A DNA stretch of 64,000 nucleotides from the human T2T-CHM13v2.0 reference genome, Homo sapiens: the NCBI GenBank assembly GCA_009914755.4, contig CP068257.2:16992001-17056000 (forward strand), read 5' to 3'. Positions 1 through 13,400 of the stretch are shown piece after piece (the stretch's first letter is position 1; the number at the start of each line of letters is the position of its first letter). Below the pieces are notes generated by a model. It was given only the letters and a program-made list of their open reading frames with translations. It was not told where the DNA came from and did not search any database. A program made the position numbers and the translations under genes.

Positions 1-97
1 TAAGTCGTCTTACTGAATGGGAAGTATTGAAGTGATCTTTAGAAAATATGACCTGCCAACAATTGCTTAAAGCAAAACTGAATTAGACTCTTCTCAA

Positions 98-123
98 GTG
101 TGAGTGTGTGTGTGTGTGTGTGT
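98..123. repeat. (GT)n microsatellite, about 12 units
   Basis: Direct read: gtgtgagtgtgtgtgtgtgtgtgtgt. Confidence 0.9.
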
Positions 124-2366
124 AATCCCTTGTCATCTTTGTTACACAGAGATTTTAACGTTTGAAAATCCTTTGCATTTTAGCTATTTCCTATCTTTCA
201 TGTTTTTCTATATAATCCTGTTGCCTTTGGTTCTAAAATCCTATAGTGCTTATTTCTCTAAGGGTATTTAGCTGCAGGATTTCCAAATGAGAGTAATTGA
301 TCTGTGAATACACTGCTATTTCAAACACAAAGAACTTGAATGAAAGTGTTGAGATTTAGAAATATGAGGATTCCAGTGGCATTTGATATTTCTTATCAGA
401 AGTAATAGAAATGTACACTTTATTCCACTGAACATATATTTTAAGATGTAAACCTATGCTTTAGGACAAATACTTAAAAGCCAAGTCAATGATTACAAAG
501 ACTTCATGAAGAAGATATTATATATTATTAATAATTGAAATCTATTTAATAATTGCTAGTACCTGCTATCAAATATGTATTTAGTTTTATACCAAAGACT
601 ACATTGGGTTCAAGTTCTAACAAGCAATTATGATCGTAATTATGACTTTATTCATAATCTCATATTCATGAGAAAAATTTAAGGATTCAAAATTAGATAA
701 TATGCAAGAGTGTATACTTTGATTAAAATTTGCTTTTCATTTTTTGAATAATCATTAACATAGCCCTTGAAAATAATGGAATAAAAATAGGGTATAGTTT
801 TGCTATATGCCAATATTATACTAGGGGATGGTACAGAATTGTGAAAAAAATAAGCATTATATTTGTTCTGTGAAGTCAGATCTTTACTTTTTTAACATTT
901 GCAAGTTTTCCAATACCATTTAATTTATTATTGCTTTCTTAGCCGTTTTGCTTTCTGCCTCCAAAATATCTGTCCTTGTTTGACTTAATATTCATACTTT
1001 TGTCTACATAACTATAATTCTTTCTCATAACTCATATTTTTATTCTGCCTCTTATTTAGATAAATAATCTCAAAATAGACTTTAGCACAAATGATTTTAT
1101 TTAATAATTATATATTTATAGCAGTACATAAATACATACTACTCAAAAAATTAGGAAAAAGTAAAATATAAATGTTATTTCAGGATATTATCCATGAAAA
1201 CTTCCCAACCTTGTGAGAAAGGCCAAAAGTCAAACTGAGGAAATGCAAAGAACGCCTGCAAGAGTCTGCACAAGAATATTATCCCAAAGACATATAATAA
1301 TCAGATTTTTCAAGATTGAAATGAAAAAAAGAATGTTAAAGGCAGCTAGACAGAAAGGGCAGGTCACCTACGAAGGGAACCCCATTAGTCTAACAGTGGA
1401 CCCCTCAGCTGAACCCCTACATCTCAGAAGAGATTGGGGACCTAGATTAAATATTCTTAAAGAAAAATATTTTCAACCAAGAATTTCAAATCCAGCCAAA
1501 GTAAGTTTTTTAAGCCAGGAGAAATAAGATCCTTTTCAGATAAGCAAATGCTCAGGAAGTTTCTACCACCAGAACTGTTTTATAAGAGTTCTTGACAGGA
1601 GAACTAAATATAGAAAGGAAAGACTGCTCGTGGCTAACTCAAAAACAGACTTAACTACACAGACCAGTGACACTATAAAGCAACCACATAAACAAGGCAC
1701 CATAATTACCAGCTAATAACACAATGACACATATCAATACTAACCTTGAATGTAAATAGGCTAAATGACCCCACATAAAAGGCACAGAGTGGCAAGCTGG
1801 ATAAAAAAGCAAGATCCAATGGTAAGCTGTCTTCAAGAAATCCATCTCAAATGTAATGACATCCATTGGCTCAAAATAAAGGGATGGAGAAAAATCCACC
1901 AAGCAAATGGAAAACAGAAAAAAAAAGCAGGGGTTGCAATCCTAATTTCAAACAAAACAGAGTTTAAACCAACAAAAATAAAAAAGACAAAGGAGGACAT
2001 TACATATGGTAAAGGATTCAATTCAACAAAATGACCTAACTATCTTAAATATACAGGCACCCAACACAGGAACACCCAGTTTCATAAAGGAAGTTCTTAG
2101 AGACCTACAAGAGACATAGATTCTCACACTATAACAGTGGGAGATATTCAGGATCTAAACTCAACATTGGACCAAATGGATCTGATCGACATCTACAGAT
2201 CCCTCCACCCAAAACAACAGAATATACATTCTTCTAATTGCCACATGACACATACTCTAAAATCATTCACATAACTGGACATAAAACAAATCTCAGCAAA
2301 TGCTAAATAACTGAAATCATACCAAACACACTCTTGTATCACAGCTTGATAAAAATAGAAGTCCAG

Positions 2367-2700
2367 TTATATTGTTTGGCTGTGTCCCCACCCAGATCTC
2401 ATCTTGAATTGTAATAGCCATAATCCCCACATGTCTAGGGAGAACCCTGGTGAGTGGTGATTGGATCATAGGGAGTGGTTTCCCCCATGCTGTTCTCATG
2501 ACAGTGAGTGAGTTCCCATGAGATCTGATGGTTTTATAAGGGACTCTTCTCCCTTCCCTCTTTCCTCTCTCTCACCTACCATCATGTAAGACATGCTCCT
2601 TCCCCTTCCACCATGATTGTAAGTTTCCTGAGGCCTCTTCAGCCATGTGGAACTATGAGTCAATTAAACCTCTTTCCTTTATAAATTACCCATTCTCTGG
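2367..2700 (+). mobile_element. ERVL-MaLR solo LTR (THE1/MST-like) nested inside the L1
   Basis: It starts ttatattgtttggctgtgtccccacccagatctcatcttgaattgtaa..., matching the THE1/MST LTR 5' end (TGATATGGTTTGGCTGTGTCCCCACCCAAATCTCATCTTGAATTGTAGC). It ends ...ccatgtggaactatgagtcaattaaacctctttcctttataaattaccca, matching the THE1 3' part. L1 ORF2 coding sequence resumes on both sides. Confidence 0.7.
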
Positions 2701-3057
2701 AATTTATAATGAACATCAAGAATAAGTAAATTGCTCAAAACTATGCAATTACATGGAAATTAAGCAACATGCTCCTGAATAACTTTTGGGTAAACAATGA
2801 AATCAAGGCAGAAATCAAGAAGTTATCTGAAACTAAGGAGAACAAGGATATAACATACCAGAATCTCTCGACACAGCTAAGGCAGTGTTAAGAAGGAAAT
2901 GGTTAGCAGTAAATGCCCACACCAAAAAGTTAGAGAGGTCTCAAATTAACTACCTAACATCACAGTGAAAGAATTAGAGAAGCAGGAACAAATCAACTCT
3001 AAAGCTATCAGAAGACAAGAAATAACCAAAATCAGAGCTGAACTGAAGGAAATCAAA

Positions 3058-3062
<5 letters not shown>

Positions 3063-3104
<42 letters not shown>
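3063..3104. repeat. (CA)n microsatellite, about 21 units, inside L1 ORF2
   Basis: Direct read. It produces the (HT)n run in the ORF at 2965-3180. Confidence 0.95.
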
Positions 3105-3108
<4 letters not shown>

Positions 3109-3746
3109 TTCAAAAGATCAACAAATCCAGGAGTTTTACTTTTTGTTTTGAAACAAATAATAAGATTTATAGGCCATTAGCTAGAATAATAGAGAAGAAA
3201 AGAGAAAATATGCAAATAAACACAATTAGAAATGTTGAAGGGAATGTTTCCACTGAAATAAAAACAGCCATCAGACACTACTACAAAAACCTCTATGCAT
3301 ACAAATTAGAAAACCAAGACGAGATGGATAAATTCCTGGACCCGTACACCCTTCCAAGAATGAACCAGTAAGAAACTGATTCTCTCAAAAGACCGAGATT
3401 GGGCTTCAAAATGGAATCAGTAATGAATAGCCTACCAATCAAAAAAGGGCCTAGGATCTAAAGGATTCAAAGCTGAATTCTACCAGATGACAAAGAAGAG
3501 CTGATACCATAACTACTGAAACTATTCCAAAAAATTGAGGAGGAGAAACTCTTCCATAACTCATTATATGAGGCCAACATCATCCTGATACCAAAACTTT
3601 GCAGAGACACACACAATAAAGAAACCTTTAGGCCAATATCCTTGATGAACATAGATGCAAAAATCCTCAATGAAATACTTGATAACCAAATCCAGCAGGA
3701 TATGAAAAAGCCTATCCACCATGATTAAGTAGGCTTTATCCCTGGG

Positions 3747-4163
3747 ATGCAAGTTCGATTCAACATATGCAGATCAATAAATGTGATTCATCACATAAAT
3801 GGAAGTAAAGACAAAAACCACATGATTATTTCAATAGATGCAGAAAAGGCTTTTGATAAAATTCGACACAGCTTCATATTAAAAACTTTCAATAAACTAG
3901 CTATTAAAGAAATACACTTCAAAATAATAGGAGCCATCTATGATGAACCCACAGTCAATATCATACTAAAAGGGCAAAATCTGGAATCATTCCCTTTGAA
4001 AACTCGCACAAGACAAGGATGCCCTCTCTCACCACTCCTATCCAACATAGTATTGGAAGTCCTGGCCAGAGCAATCAGGCAAGAGAAAGAAATAAAGGGC
4101 ATCCAAATAGGAAGTGAGGAAGTTAAACTATCCCTGTTTGAAGATCACATGATCTTATATTAA
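3747..4163 (+). pseudogene. L1 ORF2 reverse-transcriptase domain remnant (138-aa ORF, not a functional gene)
   Basis: The ORF-track protein ...[15 protein letters not shown]...[57 protein letters not shown] aligns with the canonical L1 ORF2p RT core ([20 protein letters not shown]...[52 protein letters not shown]). Confidence 0.85.
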
Positions 4164-6343
4164 GAAAACCCCATAATCTCAGCCCAAAAGCTCCTTCAGC
4201 TGAAAAAGAACTTCAACAAAGTTTCAGGATACAAAATCAATGTACAAAAATTACTGTCATTCCTATACACAAACAACAGCCAAGCCAAGAGCCAAATCAG
4301 AAGGCGATCTCGTTCACAATTGCCAAAAAATGAATAAAATACCTAGGAATACAGCTAATCATGTAGGGGAAAAGTCTCTACAATGGGAATTATAGAAATT
4401 ATAGAAAACTGCTCAAAGAAATCAGAGAAGACACAAACAAATTGAAAAACCTTCCATGCTCATGGATAGGAAGAAACAATATTGTGAAAATAGCCATATT
4501 TCCCAAAGCAATGTATAGATTCAATACTATTCCCATTAAACTACCATTGACATCCTTCACACAACTAGAAAAAAACTATTTTAAAAATCATATGGAACCA
4601 AAAAAGAGTCTGAATAGCCAAGACAATTCTAAGCAAAAAGGACAAAGCTAGAGGCATCATGTTACGCAACTTTAAACTATGCTACAGGGCTACAGTAACC
4701 AAAACAACATAGTACTGGTACAAAAACAGGTACATAGACCAATGGAACAGAATGCAGAGACCAAAAGAAGGCTGCACATGTACAACCATCTGATCTTCGG
4801 CAAAGCTGACAAAAACAAACAATGAGGAAAATATTATCTATTCAATAAATGGTGCTGGGATAACTGGCTAGCCATATACAGAAAATTGAATCTGGACCCC
4901 TTCCTTACATCTTGTACAAAAATTATCTCAAGATGGATTAAAGATTTAAATGTGAAACCCAAACAAAAACCCTGGAAGACAACCTAGGCAATGCTATTAA
5001 GGACTCAGAAGCAGGCTAAGATTTCATGACAAAAATTAAAAAACCAAGTGCAACAAAAGCAAAAAGTGACAACTGAGGTCTAATGAAACTAAAGAGCTTC
5101 TGCACAGCAAAGCTAAACTTAGTGAAAACCTACGGAAGGGAGAAAAATTTTGCCTTTGTGCATCTGAAAAAGGTCTAATATCCAGCATCTATAAGGAGCT
5201 TAAACAAATCCACAAGAAGAAACAAACAAACCAATTAAAAACTCGAAAATGGGCATGAATAGACACTTTTCAGAAGAACACATACATGCAGCCAACAATC
5301 ACATGAAAAAAAGCTCACCAGACGTACAGATCAAAACCACAATGAGATACCATCTCACACCAGTCAGAATGGCTATTAATAAAAAGACAAAAAGTGACAG
5401 ATGCTGGTGAAGTTGTGGAGAGAAGAGAACACTGGTACAATGTCAGTGGGAGTGTAAATGAGCTCAACCATTGTGAAAAGCAGTATGGCAATTCCTCAAA
5501 GAGCTAAAAGCCGAACTACCATTTGACCCAGCAATCCCATTACTGGGCATATACCCAGAGGAATACAAATTTTTCTACCATAGAGACACATGCACGCATA
5601 TGTTCATTGCAGCAATATTCATATTAGGAAAGGCATGAAATCAACCTAGATGTCCATCAATGAGAGATTAAAAGAAGAAAATGTGGACATGGAATACTGT
5701 GAAGTCATAAGAAAGAATGAGATCATGTCTTTTGCAGAAATGTAGATGGAGATGGAGGCTATTATCCTTAGCAAACTAATGCAGGAACAGAAAACCAAAT
5801 ACTGCATGTTCTTACTTATAACTGCGAGCTAAATGATGAGAACTCATGACCACAACACAGGAATAAATAGACAGTGGGGTCTACCTGAGGATTGAAGGTG
5901 GGAGGAGGTTTAGGAGCAGAAAAGGTAACTGTTGCGTACTGAGCTTAATATCTGGGTGATGAAATAATGTGTACAACAAACCCCCATGACATGAGTTTAC
6001 CTACCAAACAAACCTTCTCATGTATCCCTGAACCAAAAATAAACTTTTTTAAAAAAATAAAATATCAAAGTTACCCTTAAGAAAGTTCCAGAAATGCAAC
6101 ATTATTAGCATCCCTGATTTCTATTCCTCTTCTTTCCTGACAATCGTGTCAACTCCATGATACACATAGCCATTAACACCAAAGGACAGTTTTATTTCCT
6201 TTTAAAAGTAGTGTAATTAGGCTGATACAACATGTATTCTTTTGTATCCAGCTTCTTTTGATCAATGTTTTATGATATAAGATTCATCCATATTTTTGGT
6301 GTTCATTTTAATTGTTTTGTTCCACTGTTTAATATATCAGATA

Positions 6344-6388
6344 CAAGCACACACACCATACACACACACACACACTCATACACAACTA
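6344..6388. repeat. CA-rich imperfect microsatellite
   Basis: acacacaccatacacacacacacacactcatacacaac. Confidence 0.8.
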
Positions 6389-6454
6389 TGTACACATAAT
6401 CTACTTTATGCTTGATAGATGCATGCCTTTCATTGTGTATAGAGATGGTTAGAC

Positions 6455-6518
6455 AGGAAAAGAGGGAAGGAGAGAGGAAGGGAGAAGAGAAGAGAGAAAA
6501 GGAGAAGGGGAGAGAAAA
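6455..6518. repeat. GA-rich purine tract, (GGA/GAGA)n-like
   Basis: gacaggaaaagagggaaggagagaggaagggagaagagaagagagaaaaggagaaggggagagaaaa. Confidence 0.85.
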
Positions 6519-6639
6519 TAAATTTGTTGGGTTATAGGATATGCATAAGCTCAATTTTAATATGTAATAAACATTGAAATGTTTCCAAATTGGTTCTAAA
6601 ATTATGTGTGCTCAGAATAGTAGATACATTTTCTAGTTG

Positions 6640-9400
6640 CACTGCATCCTTGAGAAAATTTAGCCTTGCCAATAATTTTATTTGAGTCATTTGGTGAGTA
6701 TGTAATGTTATCTCTCTTCTTTTAACTTATATTTTCTTGATTATTAAAGATATTTAGAACATTTTTGATGTTTATCTGTCGTCCATTTGGATATTATATT
6801 ATGTGAAGTGCTATTCAAGGCTATTACCTGCTTTTTTATTGTGTGGTATTTTTTAACTATATTAAAGAACGTGTTATGTATTCTGGGTATAGTTTCTTTT
6901 TTCTCATTTTATGTGCCACAAACATATTCTCATTCTCTGTTTTTTTTTTCTTTTCACTTATTTTATGTTTAACGTTGGTCTTTATTTTAACAGCAAATTT
7001 ATCACCATTTACTTTTGTTACCAGAGCTTCTTTCCCTACCATAAGACTATGAAAGTATGTTTTTATATTATGGTCTAGAAATTTTACTGGTTTACCTTTC
7101 ATCTTACTTTTTACAAAATGTATGAATTAATGTTTTCTTATGGTGTGAGAGAGGGGTCAATATATATCTTTTCCCATTTGAATAACTGGATTACCAAACT
7201 TAATATATTTAGAATACTTCTTTTCTCTTTTTTGCATCTTCATTTTTGTTATGTCAGGTGCCCTATGTGCAAGTGTGTTTTTGAGAATCCTTTTCTGAGC
7301 CATTATTCTAGTTTTCATCATTGTGGAAATATCATACAGTTTCAATTGATTTAGGCTTCTCATACATTTTGTTCATATGGCTATCTTCTCTTGTGAAGTG
7401 TCTACTAAATTTGTCATGTTTTATATTAAACGGTTTTAAAGTTTCTTACTGATTTGTTGTGCTACATTATATAATCAGAATAGGAGTCTGTTGAATACAT
7501 GAAGTACAGATACCTTCTACCTCTTTACATTCCTTTTCTCTTTCATCATATTATGTTGATGAAAAGCAATTCTTCATTGAATGTATTCAAGTTTATAAAT
7601 GTTTCACACCTAGTCAATGGTTTTCTTCCTGTTTCCTATCTCTAGCCTGAAGGTAAACTCCTATATTTTAGTCTAAAGTCTTTACTGTTTGTCTTTTTTA
7701 TTTAGATCTCCTATCCATCTGAAAATATATGTTTTAAAATATATTTAAAATATATTGTGAAGCAGAGTTCAATATTTAATTTTTTTATATGTACACATCA
7801 TTGACCTATGACCACTAATTAAAAAGAATATCCTTTCCTCACACTTATGGGTCACACATATCAGGTATATGTTTATTTCTTAGTGTATTTATCTATCCTT
7901 GTGCATATAATCTTTGTATCAAATACTATATATTTCTGATAATTATTAATTTTGGTAACATCAGTTCTTCAGCTTTTAATATTTCACTTCATTTATTGAA
8001 TAGTTAAGGAAATATTCATATTTTCTATTGCTTTTCATGTCAATTTAGTATTTTCAATGTATTGGTGCAAAGGTGTTTATAATATCTTGTGTTTTAACAT
8101 CTATATACTCTCAAATTATGTCCTTTTTAATTTTTAGTCATGGTAATTTGTGGTCCTCCCTTTCTTCTTGGTGAAGCTTATAAGTTCATTGATGTTTTGA
8201 ATTGTTTTGGGTGCCTCTTGTGGCTCATCTCACATCCTATTGTCCTTACCTCTATTTCTAGATGCAGCTATGACATTCAGTCTTCAACTCACTTTGTGCT
8301 GATGGTGTCCAACTCAAGCCCACACATGATACTTTTCCTTATTCTCCCAGAAGTCTCTACACTGCTGAAGTATGGGGTTAAAATAGAAGATTGTTGACAG
8401 ATAGCATACTGGGTATGTACTGCCCCTAGGGAACTCTTCAGTATAGATAAATGGAAGCCTATAATTAAATACTTATTTTCAATCTTCTAGTCAACAATTT
8501 TCAGAAGCATTGATAAGCACAAATAAAATATATTGGTGATCAACTTAATAGTACACCCTTAACATTAATATTCCTACTTGCCTTTTATAATTTTTGATCC
8601 CTCATCCCTGCTCCCTGGGATAACCTCCCCAATACACCATCTTTCAAGTTTATTTTCAGAGGAATACAGATTAGGATATTAGTTTTTTCAAATAATCAAC
8701 TTTCAAACTTCATACATTTAATCTTCTGTATTTTTAAATTTTTCCATAAATTTTTATAACTATATTAGTAGCTTCCTAAATTTTTTTTCCTATCAAGTTA
8801 GCTGTTTTTATTTCATTTTTTTAGATAAATGCTTAGGTCACTGATTGTCAACTTTTATTCTTTTCTAATACATGAATTTAGAGCTGCAATGTTCCTAGCA
8901 AATTTTAATTAAACTGCATGGTACAAGTTGTGCTTTGCGTTATTTTCTCATTATTTAAATACAAACATTTTATAGTGTCCATTCAGATATTTTCTTTGAC
9001 CTTAGAGAAATTTAGAAGTATGCTATTTAACTTCAAAATAATTTTTATTTTCTAGTTATTATTTGGTTATTTATTTTATCTTAATTCTACTATAGTCAGA
9101 CACCATACATTGTATTATTTGAGTCATATAAAATATGTTTTTATTTACCTTATTACCTCTCATTCATTTCTTGATGTAATATTTCCTTTGCAATTAAATA
9201 AGTGTGCATTTTGCCACAGTTGTCTGCTTTGTTATATGCATGTCAATTAGTAGCATTTTGTCAGGCATACTGTTTCAAGTATTCTGTAACATTACCAATT
9301 GTCTGACTTTTCCTTCAGTTACAGAGGTAATTTTTTCAGTCTATAAGATCATAGATTTGTCCATTTCTTATTTTAATTCTATTAGCTTTTGATGATCTAT
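6640..9400 (-). mobile_element. Ancient, highly diverged L1 (L1M-type) sequence in antisense orientation. Boundaries are uncertain.
   Basis: 7095-7330 (…atgttttcttatggtgtgagagaggggtcaa…ttttgcatcttcatttttgtt…) matches the antisense of the conserved L1 ORF2 segment (…atttttgtatatggtgtgaggtaggggtccaac…cagcaccatttgttgaaaagact…). The flanking AT-rich sequence has L1-antisense character. No intact ORF. Confidence 0.4.
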
Positions 9401-9414
9401 TTTAATACCTTTGT

Positions 9415-10560
9415 TGAGGTACCATTCACATACAATTAACTGCCCATATTAACAGTGTAAATTTAGGTTGCTTCTGACAAAGGTACATGCCCATGAATTC
9501 ATCACTACAATCAAGATAAAGAACATATCTATCAACTCGAAAGATTCCTATTGCTTCTTTGTAATCCATTTTTTTCATCCCATTTTTTCAAATTTTATAT
9601 CATTCTCAGGCACATGGTGATATATTTTCTGTCAAAATAAATCAATTTCAATTCCCTATATAGATGACCCCACACTTATAATGAGAGTACATCTCAATCA
9701 ACCCATGGTGAGTTGAAAATATCATAAGTCAAAAATGCATTTAATAAATCTAACCTACTAAACATCATGGCTTAGTCTAATCTACAGTAAACATGTTCCG
9801 AACACTTACATTAGCCAAGAGCTGGGAAAAATTATCTGGCAACACAGTATACTGTAGAGTATCAGTTGTTTACCCTCAACATTGTGAAGCTAACTGGGAG
9901 CTGCTTCTTGCTGCCACTGCCAAGCATCAGAGAAGTGTCATATAGTATATTGCCAGCCCAGGAGAAAATCAAAATTCAAAATTTGAAGTATAGTCTCTAC
10001 TGAAGGCATATCACTTTCTCACCATTGTAGAGTCAAAAAATTGGAGGTCAAAATCATATTGTAAGTTGGGGATGGTCTGTAATTTTACATAAATGAAAAC
10101 ATACACCATTTAAGTTTTTTTTCTGACTTCATTGACTTAGTATGTTTATTTTAAGACGTATCCATGTGAACAGATAGATAATTCCTTTTTATTGCTAAGT
10201 AGTATTCCATGGCATGAACATTCCACAATTTGTTTATCCATTCACCTGTTGAAGGCCATTACAAATAGATCCACTGCAAATCTTTGTGCAGAGGTTTTGG
10301 TCTTCTCGTATGCTCTTATTTCTCTTAGATAAATACTAAGGAGATGAATGGATAGATCATATTGTAGGTGTAGGTTTAATTTTTTAAGAAATTGTTGACC
10401 GTTTGAGAAAGTGGTTGTAGCATTTTACAATCCCCATCAATGGTGTATGAGAGTTATAGTACGTCCACATCCTCACCTTACAGCAAATGTGCATTTAATG
10501 TTAGATTATGCTTGCTTAGAAGAAAAATGTGCTGGTGTTCAAATGTATCTATTCTATTTC
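9415..10560 (-). mobile_element. L1 3' end (ORF2 C-terminus plus 3'UTR, L1MA/L1PB-like), antisense, split by a DNA-transposon insertion
   Basis: 9415-9655 matches the antisense L1 3'UTR (ggtaccattcacatacaattaactgcccat... compared with ggtataattgacatataataaactgcacat...). 10140-10555 matches the antisense ORF2 C-terminus (ttattgctaagtagtattccatgg...gtttatccattcacctgttgaagg...cattttacaatccccatcaatggtgtatgagagtt...ccacatcctcacc). Confidence 0.65.
9662..10082. mobile_element. TcMar-Tigger-like DNA transposon terminal fragment inserted into the L1
   Basis: Its end, ...gtatagtctctactgaaggcatatcactttctcaccattgtagagtcaaaaaattggaggtcaaaatcatattgtaagttggggatggtctgt, resembles the Tigger-family terminus ...gtatggtttctactgaatgcgtatcgctttcgcaccatcgtaaagtcgaaaaatcgtaagtcgaaccatcgtaagtcggggaccatctgt. 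The internal ...aacatgttccgaacacttacattagcc... is also Tigger-like. Confidence 0.5.
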
Positions 10561-11489
10561 TTATCTGGCTTTGGAATTCTCTGTGCCTTAAATATCTGCC
10601 CTTGCTTTGTCTGTCTACTAATTCCTACTTATCTCTCAAGATCAATCTCTGATCTACCCCAGAATGTGTTTTGCTCCCTACCTTGTACAACGACTTTGTC
10701 CTTCAAGTTCTGAAGTCCCTATGCCATAGTAACATTCTTATAGTTTAGGCAACCTTATTTGATTAAGGGTTTCTTGCAGGAAGAATCATATATTATTTAT
10801 CCTTTAACCTGCCTCAGAGCTTGACACATACTAAGAGCTCCATATATTTTGTGTTATTAAATGAAATAGTAAACGTAATTTTATAATTCTCTATCTTATT
10901 GATTATCTGTAAAAGCTTGTAAATGAACATTTCTTGCTAAATGTAAAGACACACGGAATTGCACTGATTACTTCTAAGACTTGAACCATTCAGAGTGCAA
11001 TTAACAAATAAAACAAGATATCAAGATACTTCTGAGAACATGATTCCATTTAAAATTTAATCATTGCTCACTAATGGCTGCGATTGGAGTTTAACTTATT
11101 AGACACCATCTGCTGCCTAAACATCTAGGGAATATTTTTAAGGAATATCTTTCTAGAGCAAATGATAATCTTGTGCCAACTTGTTTATCACTTATCTGGT
11201 TGCTGGCATTTAAACCTTGTAACAACAAAAATTATAGGTGAGTGCATAAGGCAATAAATGAAAACTAAATATGATAAGAGCACAATGAAAATGTAAATGA
11301 CTTTTTTCCCCAGATTCATTACTTCTGGTATCATAATGAGCTATGTAAATGTTAGACTAGGTTACACGGCAAGAGTGGAGTGATTCAGAAAGCAAGCTTT
11401 ATTCAGACAAGTGCTAGTTTGAGTATCGGCTATACCTTTAAATACCATTGTGACCTTGAATAATTAAGAAACCCTTGTAACCTTAGTTT

Positions 11490-12160
11490 TTCCATCACAA
11501 CTAGTGACTAATAATAATGATCTTATAAATTGTGGTAGCAAGTGTGTGTATATTTATATACTTGCTTATTTTATTCATGGTCCACATAATCTGGGCAAGA
11601 TGATCATTTAGGACTGAAGGAGTCCAAAATAGGCCACCCACTTCACAATATTCCACTTTGGCATAAGGGTTTCTTTGAGCCAAAGGCAGTTCAAAATCAG
11701 CAGGGGAAGAAAGATTTATGTGGCCTCCCATATTCTGCCTAAATGGAGAGCAAAATTTCCTTTTGTGAGGGCGTTGAAAATTTTCCTTGTTAAGGCATCC
11801 CTTTTTCCCATACTGGGAATGGGAGAGCAACTCTTGTCACCAGAGATGCAGAGTTGACAGTAAGATTGGGCTGCATAAACAAACCTTACTAAAGTGGTCC
11901 TTATCTTGCATTAGCTTTCCCCCCACAAATGTCCTCATCCCTTCCTGACAATCTATTGTCTCTTAAAGCCCAAACAACATTTCCTTTGTTAAAATGGTAC
12001 AGAAACCCAAATCTAACCACTTCTTTGAGTTTCACTTCTTTTCTGTAAAAACCCATGCATGTAAATATTAATAAAAGTGTATACCTTTTCTCCTGTTAAT
12101 CTGTATCTGTTAGTTTAATTTTAAGCCTCCCAGTCATAAAATCAAAAGGGTAGAGGAAAA
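11490..12160 (+). mobile_element. Possible solo retroviral LTR, family unassigned
   Basis: U3/R/U5-like layout: aataaa (attaataaaagtgtatacc) followed by ...ttttctcctgttaatctgtatctgttagtttaattttaagcctccc, typical of ERV R-U5 regions. No match to flanking unique sequence. Weak. Confidence 0.3.
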
Positions 12161-12439
12161 GCTTTTCTCTCCTGTAGTACCCTTAGATATTAGACATTTT
12201 TACTTTAATGCATATGTATTATAAAAATGAAATACCTTGTAAAAATTGAAAAAAAAGACAAACTGAAAAAGCTAATTCTTCAATAGTTACTTGGTTCAAA
12301 AATGCTTCTAATTCCTAAGAGTTTTTATCTTTGCATGTCATGTAAATCCTAACAGTTTTGATACACTCTGCTCAATTAATGTATATTTGCAATGTCCCTC
12401 TGTTACCACTTGACTATTCTTTTTTAAGCAATTGTATTA

Positions 12440-13400
12440 ATTTCCTAAATCTGCCATACAAATTAACACAAATTTGGTGTCTTAAAACAACAGAAATTTA
12501 TTATCTGACAGTTCTGGAAGCCAGAGTCCAAATCAAGGTGTTGATAAGCATGCACTCCCACTGGAGGCTCTAGGGAGAATTGCTTTCCCAGAGCTTTGTG
12601 CTTCAAATGGCTCCAGACTTTGACCCCAAAAGTATCTGTGACAGGTCTCAATCAATTTAGAAAATTCATTTTGCCAAGGTTAAGGACACACCTGTGACAC
12701 AGCCTCAGGAGGTCCTGATGACATGTGCCCAAGGTGGTAGGGGTACAGCATGGCTTTATACATTCTAGGGAGACATGAGGAACCAATCAGTAGGTGTAAG
12801 ATTAACATTGATTTGGTCTGGAAATTTGGGACAACTCAAAGCAGGGGGCTTTCATGTCATAGGTAGATAAGCACAGAAAGTTGCGTTATTTTGGGTCTTT
12901 GATCAATCTTTCACTGAATACAGAATTTACATCTGAGAGAGGGGTAGAGGAATACTCATTTATGCTTTACTCTGGCTCAGTGAATCTGCATTTTTACATA
13001 AACAATAGGGCAGAGGAATCAATCAAAAATACATTTTTCTCATGTGACCAGAGGGATGACTTTGAGTTCTGTCCTTTGTCCTGCCCTTTGGCTTAGTGAT
13101 TTGTGGGTTCCAATATTTATTTTCCTTTCACAAGATGTTTTTTGGCTTCTAGCTGCAAAACTCCACTCTCCACCTCTGTCTTCACATGGTCTTGTTCTTT
13201 TCTCTCAGTGTGTCTCTGTGTCTTTCTTTTTGTATATTTTATAGGGATACTTGGATTTAGTGTATGATCTGTCTGGTCATCCAGAGATGCTTAATTTAAT
13301 TGCATTTACAAAACCCTCTTTTTTCCCAAATTTGGTCACATTCACAGGTTCTGGGGATTAGGAAATGAACATATCTTTCAGGGCTTTATTTTATCATTTA
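12440..13400 (+). mobile_element. MaLR LTR (MLT1-like), interrupted by an unidentified insertion of about 470 bp at roughly 12655-13125
   Basis: The 5' part, ...acagttctggaagccagagtccaaatcaaggtgttgataagc...ctggaggctctagggagaattgctttccc, matches the MLT1 consensus (CAGTTCTGGAGGCTGGAAGTCCAAGATCAAGGTGCCAGCAGG...TTCTGAGGGCTGTGAGGGAGAATCTGTTCC). The 3' part, ...cttcacatggtcttgttcttttctc...cacaggttctggggattaggaaatgaacatatc, matches the MLT1 3' region (CTTCACATGGCGTTCTCCC...GAGGTACTGGGGGTTAGGACTTCAACATATGAATTT). Confidence 0.55.

Larger units (their letters stand above)
1170..6068 (+). mobile_element. L1 (LINE-1) element, 5'-truncated. It keeps the ORF1 C-terminus, a degenerate ORF2 (EN-RT-C domain) and the 3'UTR with an A-rich end. 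It looks like an older primate/mammalian subfamily (L1PB/L1M-like).
   Basis: Translation at 1213-1527 matches the L1 ORF1p C-terminus (HIIIRF.KIEMK..ML.AAR.KGQVTY.G.PI.L..D.SAE.L..RRDWGP..NILKEK.FQPRIS.PAK.SF). The ORF2 start motif follows (KRHRVASWIKKQDP...CLQE.HL...D.H.LKIKGWRKI.QANGKQKKAGVAIL). Typical ORF2 C-terminal sequence continues to an A-rich terminus near 6068. Confidence 0.85.

Noticed and set aside
1213-1527. 104-aa ORF that could be taken for a gene
   Set aside because: It is the C-terminal remnant of L1 ORF1p, in frame with degenerate L1 sequence, and belongs to the 5'-truncated L1 at 1170-6068.
11501-11830. 109-aa minus-strand ORF considered as a possible transposase or host gene fragment
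   Set aside because: It shows no recognisable domain motifs. It lies within a probable LTR-like region, and its composition and length are consistent with chance.
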